Source of the DNA: Capsulimonadaceae bacterium
GTDB taxonomy: Bacteria > Armatimonadota > Armatimonadia > Armatimonadales > Capsulimonadaceae
Reading direction: 5' to 3'
DNA: 64,000 bases
Assembly: GCA_965215505.1 (NCBI GenBank)
Contig: OZ244065.1
Coordinates: 1,664,001 to 1,728,000 of the forward strand
The notes below the pieces were generated by a model. The model was not told the origin of the DNA, ran no database searches, and saw only the letters and a program-made list of their open reading frames with translations. Position 1 is the stretch's first letter; every line of letters begins with the position of its first letter. Below are positions 56,309 to 64,000 of the stretch, one piece after another. The position numbers were made by a program, and so were the translations under genes.

Positions 56309-57091
56309 TTACCCAATGTGGCGAAAAATAAACGGGGCGAGCAGGATGAGGTCGAGGGTCAGCGAGATCGCCCAGTGCGCGAGGAAGCCGTACACGAAGG
56401 ACCGGGTGCGGAGGGCGAGGACGCCGAGGATGATGCCGCCCGGCAGGGCGCTGAGAACTTCGACCGGCGGCTTCGAGGCACCGGGGACGTAGGACCAGTG
56501 CAGCAGGGCGAACAGCAAGGCCTGGATGATGACCGCGCCCCCCGCCCCCACCCTGCTCTTTTGCAGGCCGAACAGCAGGAAGCCTCGGAAGAAGAACTCC
56601 CAGCAGAACATGTAGAAGCCCATCGCCAGCTCATAGTAGAGCAGTGCTCTGAGGTTAACGCGCTGGCTGAAGAAGACCGGCCCGGTCCCCGACAGGTAGC
56701 GGCTGAGGCGGCCGTAGAGGTACTGCTGCTGGAACTGCGCGTGGAAGGAGGGGATACTGACGGCGACGGCCAGCAGCAGCACCATGACGACCCAGGCAAT
56801 CAGGGTCCACTTCAGGCCGAGCCGCCGGTCGCCGCGCGTCAGGCCGAATTGGCTCGGCTCGGACTTCAGCACCAGAATGATAGTGACGAGGGGCAGCCAG
56901 AGACACAGGCCGGTGTTGATGAACCAGTAGGCTTCGGGGGACTTGTCATCGGGATTGGTGAAGAACAGGTAGGCGGCGATGAGCAGGCCGACCAGGAAGG
57001 TGACCAGCCCGATCGCCCCATCCCCCGCCCGCCCGCCGGACTTCTCGCTCTTGTCGCCGTCCCCGCGCGGTGTTCGTGTTTTCGTCGCCAT
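56309..57091 (-). CDS. CPBP/Abi (CAAX) intramembrane protease
   Basis: WEFFFRG, FALLH, AH motifs. Confidence 0.85.
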   Translation of the reverse strand: MATKTRTPRGDGDKSEKSGGRAGDGAIGLVTFLVGLLIAAYLFFTNPDDKSPEAYWFINTGLCLWLPLVTIILVLKSEPSQFGLTRGDRRLGLKWTLIAWVVMVLLLAVAVSIPSFHAQFQQQYLYGRLSRYLSGTGPVFFSQRVNLRALLYYELAMGFYMFCWEFFFRGFLLFGLQKSRVGAGGAVIIQALLFALLHWSYVPGASKPPVEVLSALPGGIILGVLALRTRSFVYGFLAHWAISLTLDLILLAPFIFRHIG

Positions 57092-57139
57092 ACGCGGCTT
57101 AAGTTCGGCACAAAGGCTCAAGTCCCCTGCCCTGGTTTC

Positions 57140-57646
57140 TCATGGCTTATGAGGAACCGTCCGGAGGACCTTCCTGATTGGCAGGTACAGCCGCATCGGG
57201 TCATCCACGGTTGTAGCAAATCCATATTTCCGGTAGAAACTGCACGCCAGTTCATTCAGGGCGTCCACCACAACCGCGTAGATGCCGAGGTGCTGCGCCA
57301 GTTGTGTGGAACGTCTCAGCGCGTCCTGGAGTAGCAGTTCACCGAAACCGCGTCCTTGCGCTTGCCGGTCCACCGCAAGCCTCCCCATCAAGACGATTGG
57401 GATGGGATACCGAGGCAGCCGCTTCTCCGGAAGTTCCTCGCGCGCTACGGAACCGCTGGAGATCGTGTAGTAACCCTCGATATGCGCTTGACCGGAAACC
57501 ACCAGGACGTATGTTCGGCCAAGGAAGAGTTCGGCGCTCTGGCGGGCGAACCGTTAAAGATATTCGTTCAGACTCGGCTCGCCGCAATCGAAAGGAACCC
57601 GATCATGCTTCTCCGTCAGCAGTTCGATGGTGAGGTCGTCGCTCAT
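57140..57646 (-). pseudogene. GNAT toxin (AtaT/TacT-like) with a premature TAA at codon 31
   Basis: HDRVPFDCGEPSLNEYL*RFARQ...GYYTIS...LMGRLAVD..QGRGFG...VDALN..FYRKYGF. Confidence 0.88.
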
Positions 57647-57945
57647 CGCGACGGCTCACGCCCGCCGAATCGTTGCTGATATCGCTCCGCCGCCCGCTTC
57701 AGCGCGTCGTTTGGCTCTTCGTTAGCATCAATGGCTTCAAGGAAGGCATCGAAGTCGCGGTTCGAGAACGTGAGCGTCTGGTGCTTGTCTAGAACTTCCT
57801 GCGCGGACCGGACAAGGGAAGAGACGGCGAACTCGCTCAGGCTTTTGCCCGTGACGTGGGCCGCTTGCATAATCGCCTCTTTGGCTTCCGGGTCCAGCCG
57901 GAAATCAAGCCGCGTCTTCGGCTTCTTCTTTTGCAGCGTCGGCAT
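57643..57945 (-). CDS. DUF1778 RHH antitoxin
   Basis: RLDFRL..KEAIMQAA..GKSLSEF, FLEAID..EPNDALKRA; ATGA overlap with the toxin. Confidence 0.9.
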   Translation of the reverse strand: MPTLQKKKPKTRLDFRLDPEAKEAIMQAAHVTGKSLSEFAVSSLVRSAQEVLDKHQTLTFSNRDFDAFLEAIDANEEPNDALKRAAERYQQRFGGREPSR

Positions 57946-57962
57946 CTGTTTCCTCCTGCGGT

Positions 57963-57994
57963 ATTGTACCACTTGTACGGCATTCCTGCGTACA
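57963..57994 (-). promoter_or_regulatory. Toxin-antitoxin promoter -10 element and operator palindrome
   Basis: TGTACG-N9-CGTACA (57974-57994) just upstream of TACAAT. Confidence 0.65.
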
Positions 57995-58018
57995 GAATTG
58001 ACAATGACTGGTCATGAG

Positions 58019-59350
58019 TCATCGGAGCATTTTAGCCCGCGCCACCTGTGCACCGTCCATGATCGTTGGTGCATCCAGCGTAGGCCAGACGCCGCCGTCG
58101 TACAGGACCTCGCCGTCGCACAGGGTCAAAATTACGTCGTCGGCGCGGGCGGCGTAGATGAGGGCGGCGTAAGGATCGGTGGCGGGAACGGCGTGGGGGC
58201 GATCCAGGCGGACGGCGATCAGGTCGGCCCGCTTGCCCACCGTCAGGGAGCCTGTCTGATGCGCCAGGCCCATCGCCCCGGCACCGCCCAGTGTCGCCAT
58301 GCGGACCACATCGCGGGCGGTCACGACTTCGACCTCCTGACGGACGGCGCGCTGCATCAGCAGGGCGAAGCGCATCTCTTCGAACAAGTCCAGGCTGTTG
58401 TTGGAGACGGCACTGTCCGTACCCAAGCCGAGGCGCAGGCCGGGCGTTTTGAGCCAGGCGGCCAGGGGCGCGACGCCCGCGCCGAGTTTGGCATTGCTCT
58501 TGGGGCAGTGGATGATGGCCGCGCCTGTGGAGGTGAGCAGGGCGATGTCGGTCCGGGTCTGGTGGACGCAGTGGACGGCGAGTGTCCTGGGGCCGAGTGC
58601 GCCCATGTCGGACGCATACTGTGTCGGCGTGGTTTTCGGCGCTTCCCAGGTGATGCCGCGCCGGGCGTACATCTCGGCGAAGGGGCCTTCTCCGCGCTCG
58701 GTCAGGGCGCTCTCCGAGGGTGACTCGGCGATGTGGATGCTTGTCGGCAGTCCTTCCTCGGCGACATAGGCGTTGATCGCCGCGAACAGGGCGCGGCGAA
58801 TGGTGTAGAGGGCGTGCGGCGAGACGCCGACCGAAACGCGGTCCGAGGCGAGCCGCCGGTGCGCCGCGACTTTCGCTCGCAGGCTGTCCAGGATTGGCGC
58901 GATGGCTTCGCGGTCGTCAATGCCGAACAGTTCCTGGTATGCGATGCCGCGCAGGCCGCTTTCGGCCAGTACGCGCATCGTGATTCCGGCGTCCGTGTTG
59001 TCGCCCAGGGTCGTGATGCCCGCCGCGATGCATTCCAAAGCCCCGAGCCTGGCTGACCAGAGCCAGTCGTCGGGTGTCAGGGCGGCTTTGGAAGCCGTGA
59101 GGGCGCGTATCCAGGGGAAAAAGGGGACGTCTTCAAGGAAGCCGCGCAGGGCAGTGTATTCGAGGTGGCTGTGGGCATTGACCAGGCCAGGCATGAGGAC
59201 GGCTTCGCCGAAGTCCCGTCGCTCGTTTGCAGGCGTCTGGCCCGGACGGACGGCGGCGATCAGGCCGTTTTCAACCACCACTTCGCCGTTCTCGATGGGC
59301 GGGGCGTCAACGGGCAGCACCCACCGGGCGGCGTAGACGGCGGTGGCCAC
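58019..59350 (-). CDS. Amidohydrolase (MTA/SAH deaminase-like)
   Basis: PGLVNAHSH, HIAES, HCVH, LGTDS, GKRADL. Confidence 0.9.
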   Translation of the reverse strand: MATAVYAARWVLPVDAPPIENGEVVVENGLIAAVRPGQTPANERRDFGEAVLMPGLVNAHSHLEYTALRGFLEDVPFFPWIRALTASKAALTPDDWLWSARLGALECIAAGITTLGDNTDAGITMRVLAESGLRGIAYQELFGIDDREAIAPILDSLRAKVAAHRRLASDRVSVGVSPHALYTIRRALFAAINAYVAEEGLPTSIHIAESPSESALTERGEGPFAEMYARRGITWEAPKTTPTQYASDMGALGPRTLAVHCVHQTRTDIALLTSTGAAIIHCPKSNAKLGAGVAPLAAWLKTPGLRLGLGTDSAVSNNSLDLFEEMRFALLMQRAVRQEVEVVTARDVVRMATLGGAGAMGLAHQTGSLTVGKRADLIAVRLDRPHAVPATDPYAALIYAARADDVILTLCDGEVLYDGGVWPTLDAPTIMDGAQVARAKMLR

Positions 59351-59351
59351 C

Positions 59352-60062
59352 TTAATAGTGCCTGAGCTGGAGCCGCCAGGTTTCCCCGAACTGCGCGATG
59401 TTCTGGTTGACGACGTGGCCGTCACCCATCAGCTCGTTGTAGCGCTTCTGGCTGACCAGGAAGCCGCCGTGCCAGGAGCCATTGCCGTCCATCAGGACAT
59501 TGATCTCGGCGTTCTCGTGGGGGTTGTTCTGGCTGTCGTAGGCGACCAGCGAGCCGTACTTGGTGCCGAGCAGGGCGATCTCGGTGCGGTACAGATAGGA
59601 CGTCCCGTACTTCCCGTAAGCGGTCGGCGTCGCGTCAATGGGGATGGGATAGCCGCCGGCATAGGTGCTGATGTCCAGACCGGAGTAGCCGCCGTCGGCG
59701 GGGCAGTGCCACAGTTCTTTGTTGTGGATATAGGGCGCGAGGATGTCATGGAGGAACGGCATCCGATGGACCTGGGCCTGGTAGGGCGAGCCGGTCCAGA
59801 TGTCGGGGTTCGCGTACTGGTCGGACGGGTCCGTCCCAGCGGGGTAGAGGTCGTCGGCCTCGTCGGCGTACATGGAAACCGCCATGCCGATCTGGCGCAG
59901 GTTGGAGATGCAGACGGTCTGCCGCGCCCGCCCCCGGACGGAGAAGAAGACGGGGAGCAGGATCGCGGTCAGCAGCGCGATGATGCTGATGACGACCAGA
60001 AGCTCGATCAAGGTAAACGCCCGTGGTTCAGACGCCGGTCTGCCGTCGTATCGCTGTCGCAT
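59352..60062 (-). CDS. DUF1559 / prepilin-type N-terminal cleavage protein
   Basis: [33 protein letters not shown]. Confidence 0.9.
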   Translation of the reverse strand: MRQRYDGRPASEPRAFTLIELLVVISIIALLTAILLPVFFSVRGRARQTVCISNLRQIGMAVSMYADEADDLYPAGTDPSDQYANPDIWTGSPYQAQVHRMPFLHDILAPYIHNKELWHCPADGGYSGLDISTYAGGYPIPIDATPTAYGKYGTSYLYRTEIALLGTKYGSLVAYDSQNNPHENAEINVLMDGNGSWHGGFLVSQKRYNELMGDGHVVNQNIAQFGETWRLQLRHY

Positions 60063-60088
60063 GGTGCCGTTCTTTCTAATGATTGCAT

Positions 60089-60904
60089 CTATTCGAGGTC
60101 ATCGAGGTACTCGCGCAGGCGGGAGGCATACTGCGGGAAGGCGACGGCGGGGTCCGCCAGGGCGGGTATCCAGCGCTTCTCCCATTCCAGGTTGATCCAG
60201 CCGTCATAGCCGCTGGCTTTCAGCAGACGCAGCATCGGCAGAATCGGGATGTCGCCCTCGCCCAGCAGGCAGTACGTCCCGCCCGGATGGCTGTCCTTGA
60301 CGTGTGCCTGCTCAACATACGCGCCGAGGGCCTCAAAAGTTTCCGCCGGCCGCTCCCCCTGCCGGAAGGGGTGGTGCAGGTCCCAGAGCGCCCGGACGCG
60401 GGGGTGGGCCGCCTGACGCAGCACATCGGCCGCCTGCGCGCCGGTCGAGAACGCATCGTGCGTTTCCAGCACGACCCGGACCGGCCCTACGGACGCGGCA
60501 TGGTCCCCGAGTTCCACCAGGGCGGAGGCGACGCGCTTGACCGCCTCGGGGCGCTCGGACTCCTCGCCGATGCCGCCGCCGAAGACGCGCACGGTGGGGG
60601 CACCGAGGTCGGCGGCGAGGTCGAGGGCGCGGCGGCCTTCCTCCAGAGCGCGTGCGCGGGCCGCCGGGTCCGGGTCGGTGAAGGAGCAGGAGGTGTCCAC
60701 GCCGCAGATCGCAATCCCCGCATCCGCGAAGCGCCGCCGCGTCCCCCCGACGGCGGAAGGGGCGAAGGCCGGCGCTTTCGTCAGATCGAGGTCAGGCCCC
60801 AGGCCGCGCAGCTCGACGCCCGCATAGCCGTAGGCGGGCAGGCGGGTCAGAATTTCGTCCAGTGTCCAGTCGGGACAGCCCAATGTGGAGACGCCGAGTT
60901 TCAT
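60089..60904 (-). CDS. Sugar phosphate isomerase/epimerase (TIM barrel)
   Basis: GVELRG, LETHD, WDLHH, HVKD, LEWEKRW. Confidence 0.87.
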   Translation of the reverse strand: MKLGVSTLGCPDWTLDEILTRLPAYGYAGVELRGLGPDLDLTKAPAFAPSAVGGTRRRFADAGIAICGVDTSCSFTDPDPAARARALEEGRRALDLAADLGAPTVRVFGGGIGEESERPEAVKRVASALVELGDHAASVGPVRVVLETHDAFSTGAQAADVLRQAAHPRVRALWDLHHPFRQGERPAETFEALGAYVEQAHVKDSHPGGTYCLLGEGDIPILPMLRLLKASGYDGWINLEWEKRWIPALADPAVAFPQYASRLREYLDDLE

Positions 60905-60943
60905 GCGCTCCCTTTCGGCGTCCGCGTCCCGAATTCCTGCCGA

Positions 60944-60979
60944 CAAAAAAGCGGGCCTGCCGGATGGCAGGCCCGCTTC
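60944..60979 (-). terminator. Intrinsic terminator
   Basis: GCGGGCCTGC / GCAGGCCCGC stem followed by a U tract on the minus strand. Confidence 0.8.
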
Positions 60980-60990
60980 GCGTCGCTCCC

Positions 60991-61317
60991 CTAACGGGAG
61001 TGGTGGTAGCTGCGGTGGTAGCGGTGATACCGGGCGCGCTGGTCGCGTCGTGCCTGCGCCTGGCTCTGGCTGTGGCGATCCTGTTCGTAGCGGTTCGCCG
61101 AATAGGCCGCACCCGCCGCGCCCAGGATGGTGGCGGTGTTGTTGTGCTTGAGCAGCCCGTAACCCGCGACGGCCGCCCCGGCGATGCCGAGGTTGCGCCA
61201 CTGGTTCTTGTTGCTCTGGCGGCTGGACTGGTCCGCGTGCGCCGTCAAGGGCGCGAATGTCGAGGCGGCGAGGGTCGCCGCCAGACCGATCAGGGTCCAT
61301 GCGTTCACTTGCTTCAT
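60991..61317 (-). CDS. Small secreted glycine-zipper-like protein
   Basis: Signal peptide; GIAGAAVAG and GAAGAA. Confidence 0.7.
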   Translation of the reverse strand: MKQVNAWTLIGLAATLAASTFAPLTAHADQSSRQSNKNQWRNLGIAGAAVAGYGLLKHNNTATILGAAGAAYSANRYEQDRHSQSQAQARRDQRARYHRYHRSYHHSR

Positions 61318-61586
61318 GGTTCTAAGTCCTTTTCTCCGTATGTCTGACCTCCGGCCGAGGGGGCCGGGAGTTGTTCCGCTTCTGTCTTTGAGAGACCGAC
61401 GTACACATCATTATGTTCCACGCGGATGACATGGTCGCCCGGCACGAACACCTGTTTTAGCCCGAGCAACCCGTGTGCAAGGACGATGCCCCGGAAAACG
61501 TCCACGCCCGTGTCGGCAACCACTTCCGCGACGGTCCCCAGGTCGCCGTCGGTCCCGTGGACGGTCATCCCGCGCTCGATCAGCAT
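61314..61586 (-). CDS. PRC-barrel-like protein
   Basis: GMTVHGTDGDLGTVAEV...VFVPGDHV. Confidence 0.65.
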   Translation of the reverse strand: MLIERGMTVHGTDGDLGTVAEVVADTGVDVFRGIVLAHGLLGLKQVFVPGDHVIRVEHNDVYVGLSKTEAEQLPAPSAGGQTYGEKDLEP

Positions 61587-61646
61587 GTAACTTCCTGCTT
61601 CCATGTTAGGAGGATACCCACCGCATACGCGGACAAAACGGGCGTC

Positions 61647-61676
61647 TTGACAGCCGCCCTTTTCGCACCGTATAAT
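61647..61676 (+). promoter_or_regulatory. Promoter of tRNA-Ser
   Basis: TTGACA, 18 nt, TATAAT. Confidence 0.8.
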
Positions 61677-61700
61677 AGGGTGTGAGCAGGGCAACAATGT

Positions 61701-61788
61701 GGACAGGTGCCGGAGTGGTCATAACGGAACTGTCTTGAAAACAGTCGAGGGCGCAAGCCCTCCGTGGGTTCGAATCCCACCCTGTCCG
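61701..61788 (+). tRNA. tRNA-Ser (TGA)
   Basis: GGACAGG/CCTGTCC acceptor, ACTGT-CTTGAAA-ACAGT anticodon arm, long variable arm, GGTTCGAATCC; CCA not encoded. Confidence 0.96.
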
Positions 61789-61851
61789 CTCACGCTGATC
61801 GCCATCAATCCTGTATGATTGCGGTCGTTTTACACACAAAGAGGAAGCGCC

Positions 61852-62472
61852 ATGAGAAAGTTTGTATCCCCTCTCTTGCCTCTCCCCCCCGCCCTTGCTG
61901 CGCTGGCCTGCCTCACCGCCGCGCCCGCCTGCGGGCAGTCCTACACGTTCACTAGCAACGGGACCGGAATCTACTTCACGGACACCCTGACGACGGGGCG
62001 GCCTCACGCCGTGGACTTCCTCTCCAAGACCTCCGGCCAGTCTGCCGGCAAGGATGCGATCCTGACCATCGCCGGCTTTGGTAATGCCGGCATCGTCTAT
62101 ACCAACGTCGGCCAGTTCTATCACCAGAACACCGACCTGACCACCGCCACCGTCCAGCTCCAGGATGCGGCCTCGGGGGCCATGCTCTTCGCCGGCGGCG
62201 GCCCCATGCATTACGAGTTCATCACCTCGCCCTATGGGATAGACACCCTAACGCTTGGCGGGACCACCCAAGATGCCGTCGGCACACCGTGGAACTTCAA
62301 CTTTTTCAAGGACGAGGATAAAGGGGTAGTCATCAGCAAGCTAATGGTGCCGGTTCCGGAGCCTGCGCCCGCCGTGGACCTGGGCCTGATGCTAGGGCTG
62401 ACACTGGCATCGGTAGTGTGGAACGCCCGCAAGCGGCGCAACACGGTTCAGGATGATCAGAGCAATATGTAA
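61852..62472 (+). CDS. PEP-CTERM surface protein
   Basis: Signal peptide; C-terminal VPEP, hydrophobic helix, RKRR. Confidence 0.8.
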   Translation: MRKFVSPLLPLPPALAALACLTAAPACGQSYTFTSNGTGIYFTDTLTTGRPHAVDFLSKTSGQSAGKDAILTIAGFGNAGIVYTNVGQFYHQNTDLTTATVQLQDAASGAMLFAGGGPMHYEFITSPYGIDTLTLGGTTQDAVGTPWNFNFFKDEDKGVVISKLMVPVPEPAPAVDLGLMLGLTLASVVWNARKRRNTVQDDQSNM

Positions 62473-62485
62473 AGGAGGCCCCGTC

Positions 62486-62737
62486 ATGCGCCGCCTCCAA
62501 CTTTTCGGTATTATCGCCCTGTTGACGGTGGCAGGCCGGGTCGCTCAGGCCCAGACTGGTGCCGGTCTTAGAACACAAACCGCGCCGCCGATCAAGCCGC
62601 AGAAGGCCGGAAAGGCGGCGGCCTCCCTGGCAAGCATCAGCGCAGAACTCGACCGCCTGCAACAGCAGATTGACGATCTAAGGCGGCAGGTTGCTGCGCT
62701 CAAAGCAGACAGTGAGCGCACAACGGCGAAGCCGTAG
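62486..62737 (+). CDS. Small secreted coiled-coil protein
   Basis: AAGGAGG RBS, signal peptide, heptad repeat. Confidence 0.7.
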   Translation: MRRLQLFGIIALLTVAGRVAQAQTGAGLRTQTAPPIKPQKAGKAAASLASISAELDRLQQQIDDLRRQVAALKADSERTTAKP

Positions 62738-62791
62738 AAAACAGACAGAGAGGCCCGGAGCATGATGCTCCGGGCCTCTCTGTCTGTTTTC
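62737..62791. terminator. Long hairpin, probable bidirectional terminator
   Basis: GAAAACAGACAGAGAGGCCCGGAGCA followed by its exact reverse complement, between convergent genes. Confidence 0.85.
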
Positions 62792-62808
62792 TGCCGCCGG
62801 ATGTGATG

Positions 62809-64000
62809 TCAGACGTTGCTAATCTGCTGCATAGGCTCTTCGAGAGGCTGCTCAACGGCGACTTCGACGGGTGCCGTCAACGCCAAGTTGTGTTCGCCCT
62901 CGGCTCCCAGCGGGCTGCCCTTGCGGAAGACGATGCCGCGTTCCTCGTCCACGTCCACGACGACCGTGTCGTTGGCGAGGAAGCGGCCCAGCAGGATCTC
63001 CTCGGCCAGCGGGTCTTCCACCAGACGCTGCACGGCGCGGCGCAGAGGCCGGGCACCGTACTGCGGGTCGAAGCCCTCACGGGCGAGGTACTGCTTGGCG
63101 GCGTCCGTGACCTCAAAGTCCATGCCCTTCTGCGCGACTTGCTTGCTCACCCGGTCCAGCATCAGGGTCACGACCTCGTTGATCTCCTCGGCGGAGAGCG
63201 GGTGGAAAATGATCGTCTCATCCACGCGGTTCAAGAACTCGGGCCGGAAGACCCGCTTCAGCTCGTCGGTGATGCGCCCCTTGATGCTGTCCATCTGGCG
63301 GGACACTTCTTCCGACGACTTCGGACCCGCCGCGGCCCGCCCAAAGCCCATCTCGCGCTCGCCCTGGATGGAGCGCGCGCCGATGTTGCTGGTCATAATC
63401 AGAATGACATTCTTGAAATCAATGACGCGCCCGTGCGAGTCGGTCAGCCGGCCGTCCTCCATGATCTGGAGCAGGATGTTGTAGACCTCCGGGTGCGCCT
63501 TCTCGATCTCGTCGAGCAGGACGACCGAGTACGGGTTGCGCCGCACGGCCTCGGACAACTGCCCGCCCTCGTCGTAGCCGACATAGCCGGGAGGTGCGCC
63601 GACCAGGCGGGACACGGCGAAGCTCTCCATGTACTCCGACATGTCGATGCGGATCAGGTTGTCTTCCTTCTCGAACAGGTAGGCGGCCAGGGCACGCGCC
63701 AATTCGGTCTTGCCGACGCCGGTCGGCCCGAGGAAGATGAACGAGCCGATGGGCCGCTTGACATCGCGCAGACCTGAGCGGGAGCGGCGGACGGCCTTAG
63801 AGATCGCCACGATGGCCTCGTGCTGGCCGATGATCCGCTTGTGCAACTCTTCTTCCATGCGGAACAGCTTCTGCGTCTCGGCCTCCACCAGCCGGGCGAC
63901 CGGGATGCCGGTCATGGAGAAGATGATGCTCGCGACCTCGTCCTCGTCTACGGTCTGCTTGGCGTCCTTCTTGGTCTCCTGCCAGCCTTCTTCCAGCCCG
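62809..64000 (-). CDS. clpC: ClpC/ClpB-family ATPase, C-terminal part
   Basis: [43 protein letters not shown]. Confidence 0.92.
   Translation of the reverse strand, partial: GLEEGWQETKKDAKQTVDEDEVASIIFSMTGIPVARLVEAETQKLFRMEEELHKRIIGQHEAIVAISKAVRRSRSGLRDVKRPIGSFIFLGPTGVGKTELARALAAYLFEKEDNLIRIDMSEYMESFAVSRLVGAPPGYVGYDEGGQLSEAVRRNPYSVVLLDEIEKAHPEVYNILLQIMEDGRLTDSHGRVIDFKNVILIMTSNIGARSIQGEREMGFGRAAAGPKSSEEVSRQMDSIKGRITDELKRVFRPEFLNRVDETIIFHPLSAEEINEVVTLMLDRVSKQVAQKGMDFEVTDAAKQYLAREGFDPQYGARPLRRAVQRLVEDPLAEEILLGRFLANDTVVVDVDEERGIVFRKGSPLGAEGEHNLALTAPVEVAVEQPLEEPMQQISNV

Noticed and set aside
42644-57556. TAA recoding suggested by two in-frame TAA codons
   Set aside because: Core genes such as hslU and ndk end in TAA, so nonsense mutation is the simpler explanation

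Overview
High-GC bacterial chromosomal window. The DUF1559 prepilin-type protein, PEP-CTERM protein and fused sugar-binding/permease gene suggest Armatimonadota or a similar lineage (inference). Most of it is housekeeping: hslVU, moaD-E fusion, rimI, pdxS, ispE, hisF, ndk, thrS-infC-rpmI-rplT-pheS-pheT, priA-def-fmt, partial clpC, tRNA-Pro(TGG) and tRNA-Ser(TGA). Accessory content includes a frameshifted class A beta-lactamase, a cytosine methyltransferase with a putative endonuclease, intact and decayed toxin-antitoxin loci, and a divergent ClpX paralog. The standout is a minus-strand Ro60/TROVE (Rsr) locus at about 19.0-22.4 kb. In transcription order it has a sigma70 promoter with a palindromic operator, an unannotated 48-codon leader ORF followed by an intrinsic terminator (attenuator-like), a small membrane ORF, and an array of eight Y-RNA-like genes. 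Four of these are linear and four are tRNA-mimic (YrlA-like); they alternate and all share RGGCCG-N9-GGUUAHC plus UUGYCYG. A further copy of the Ro-binding helix overlaps the Shine-Dalgarno of rsr, suggesting autoregulation. All calls were made by eye from the sequence and ORF track; no database searches were run.
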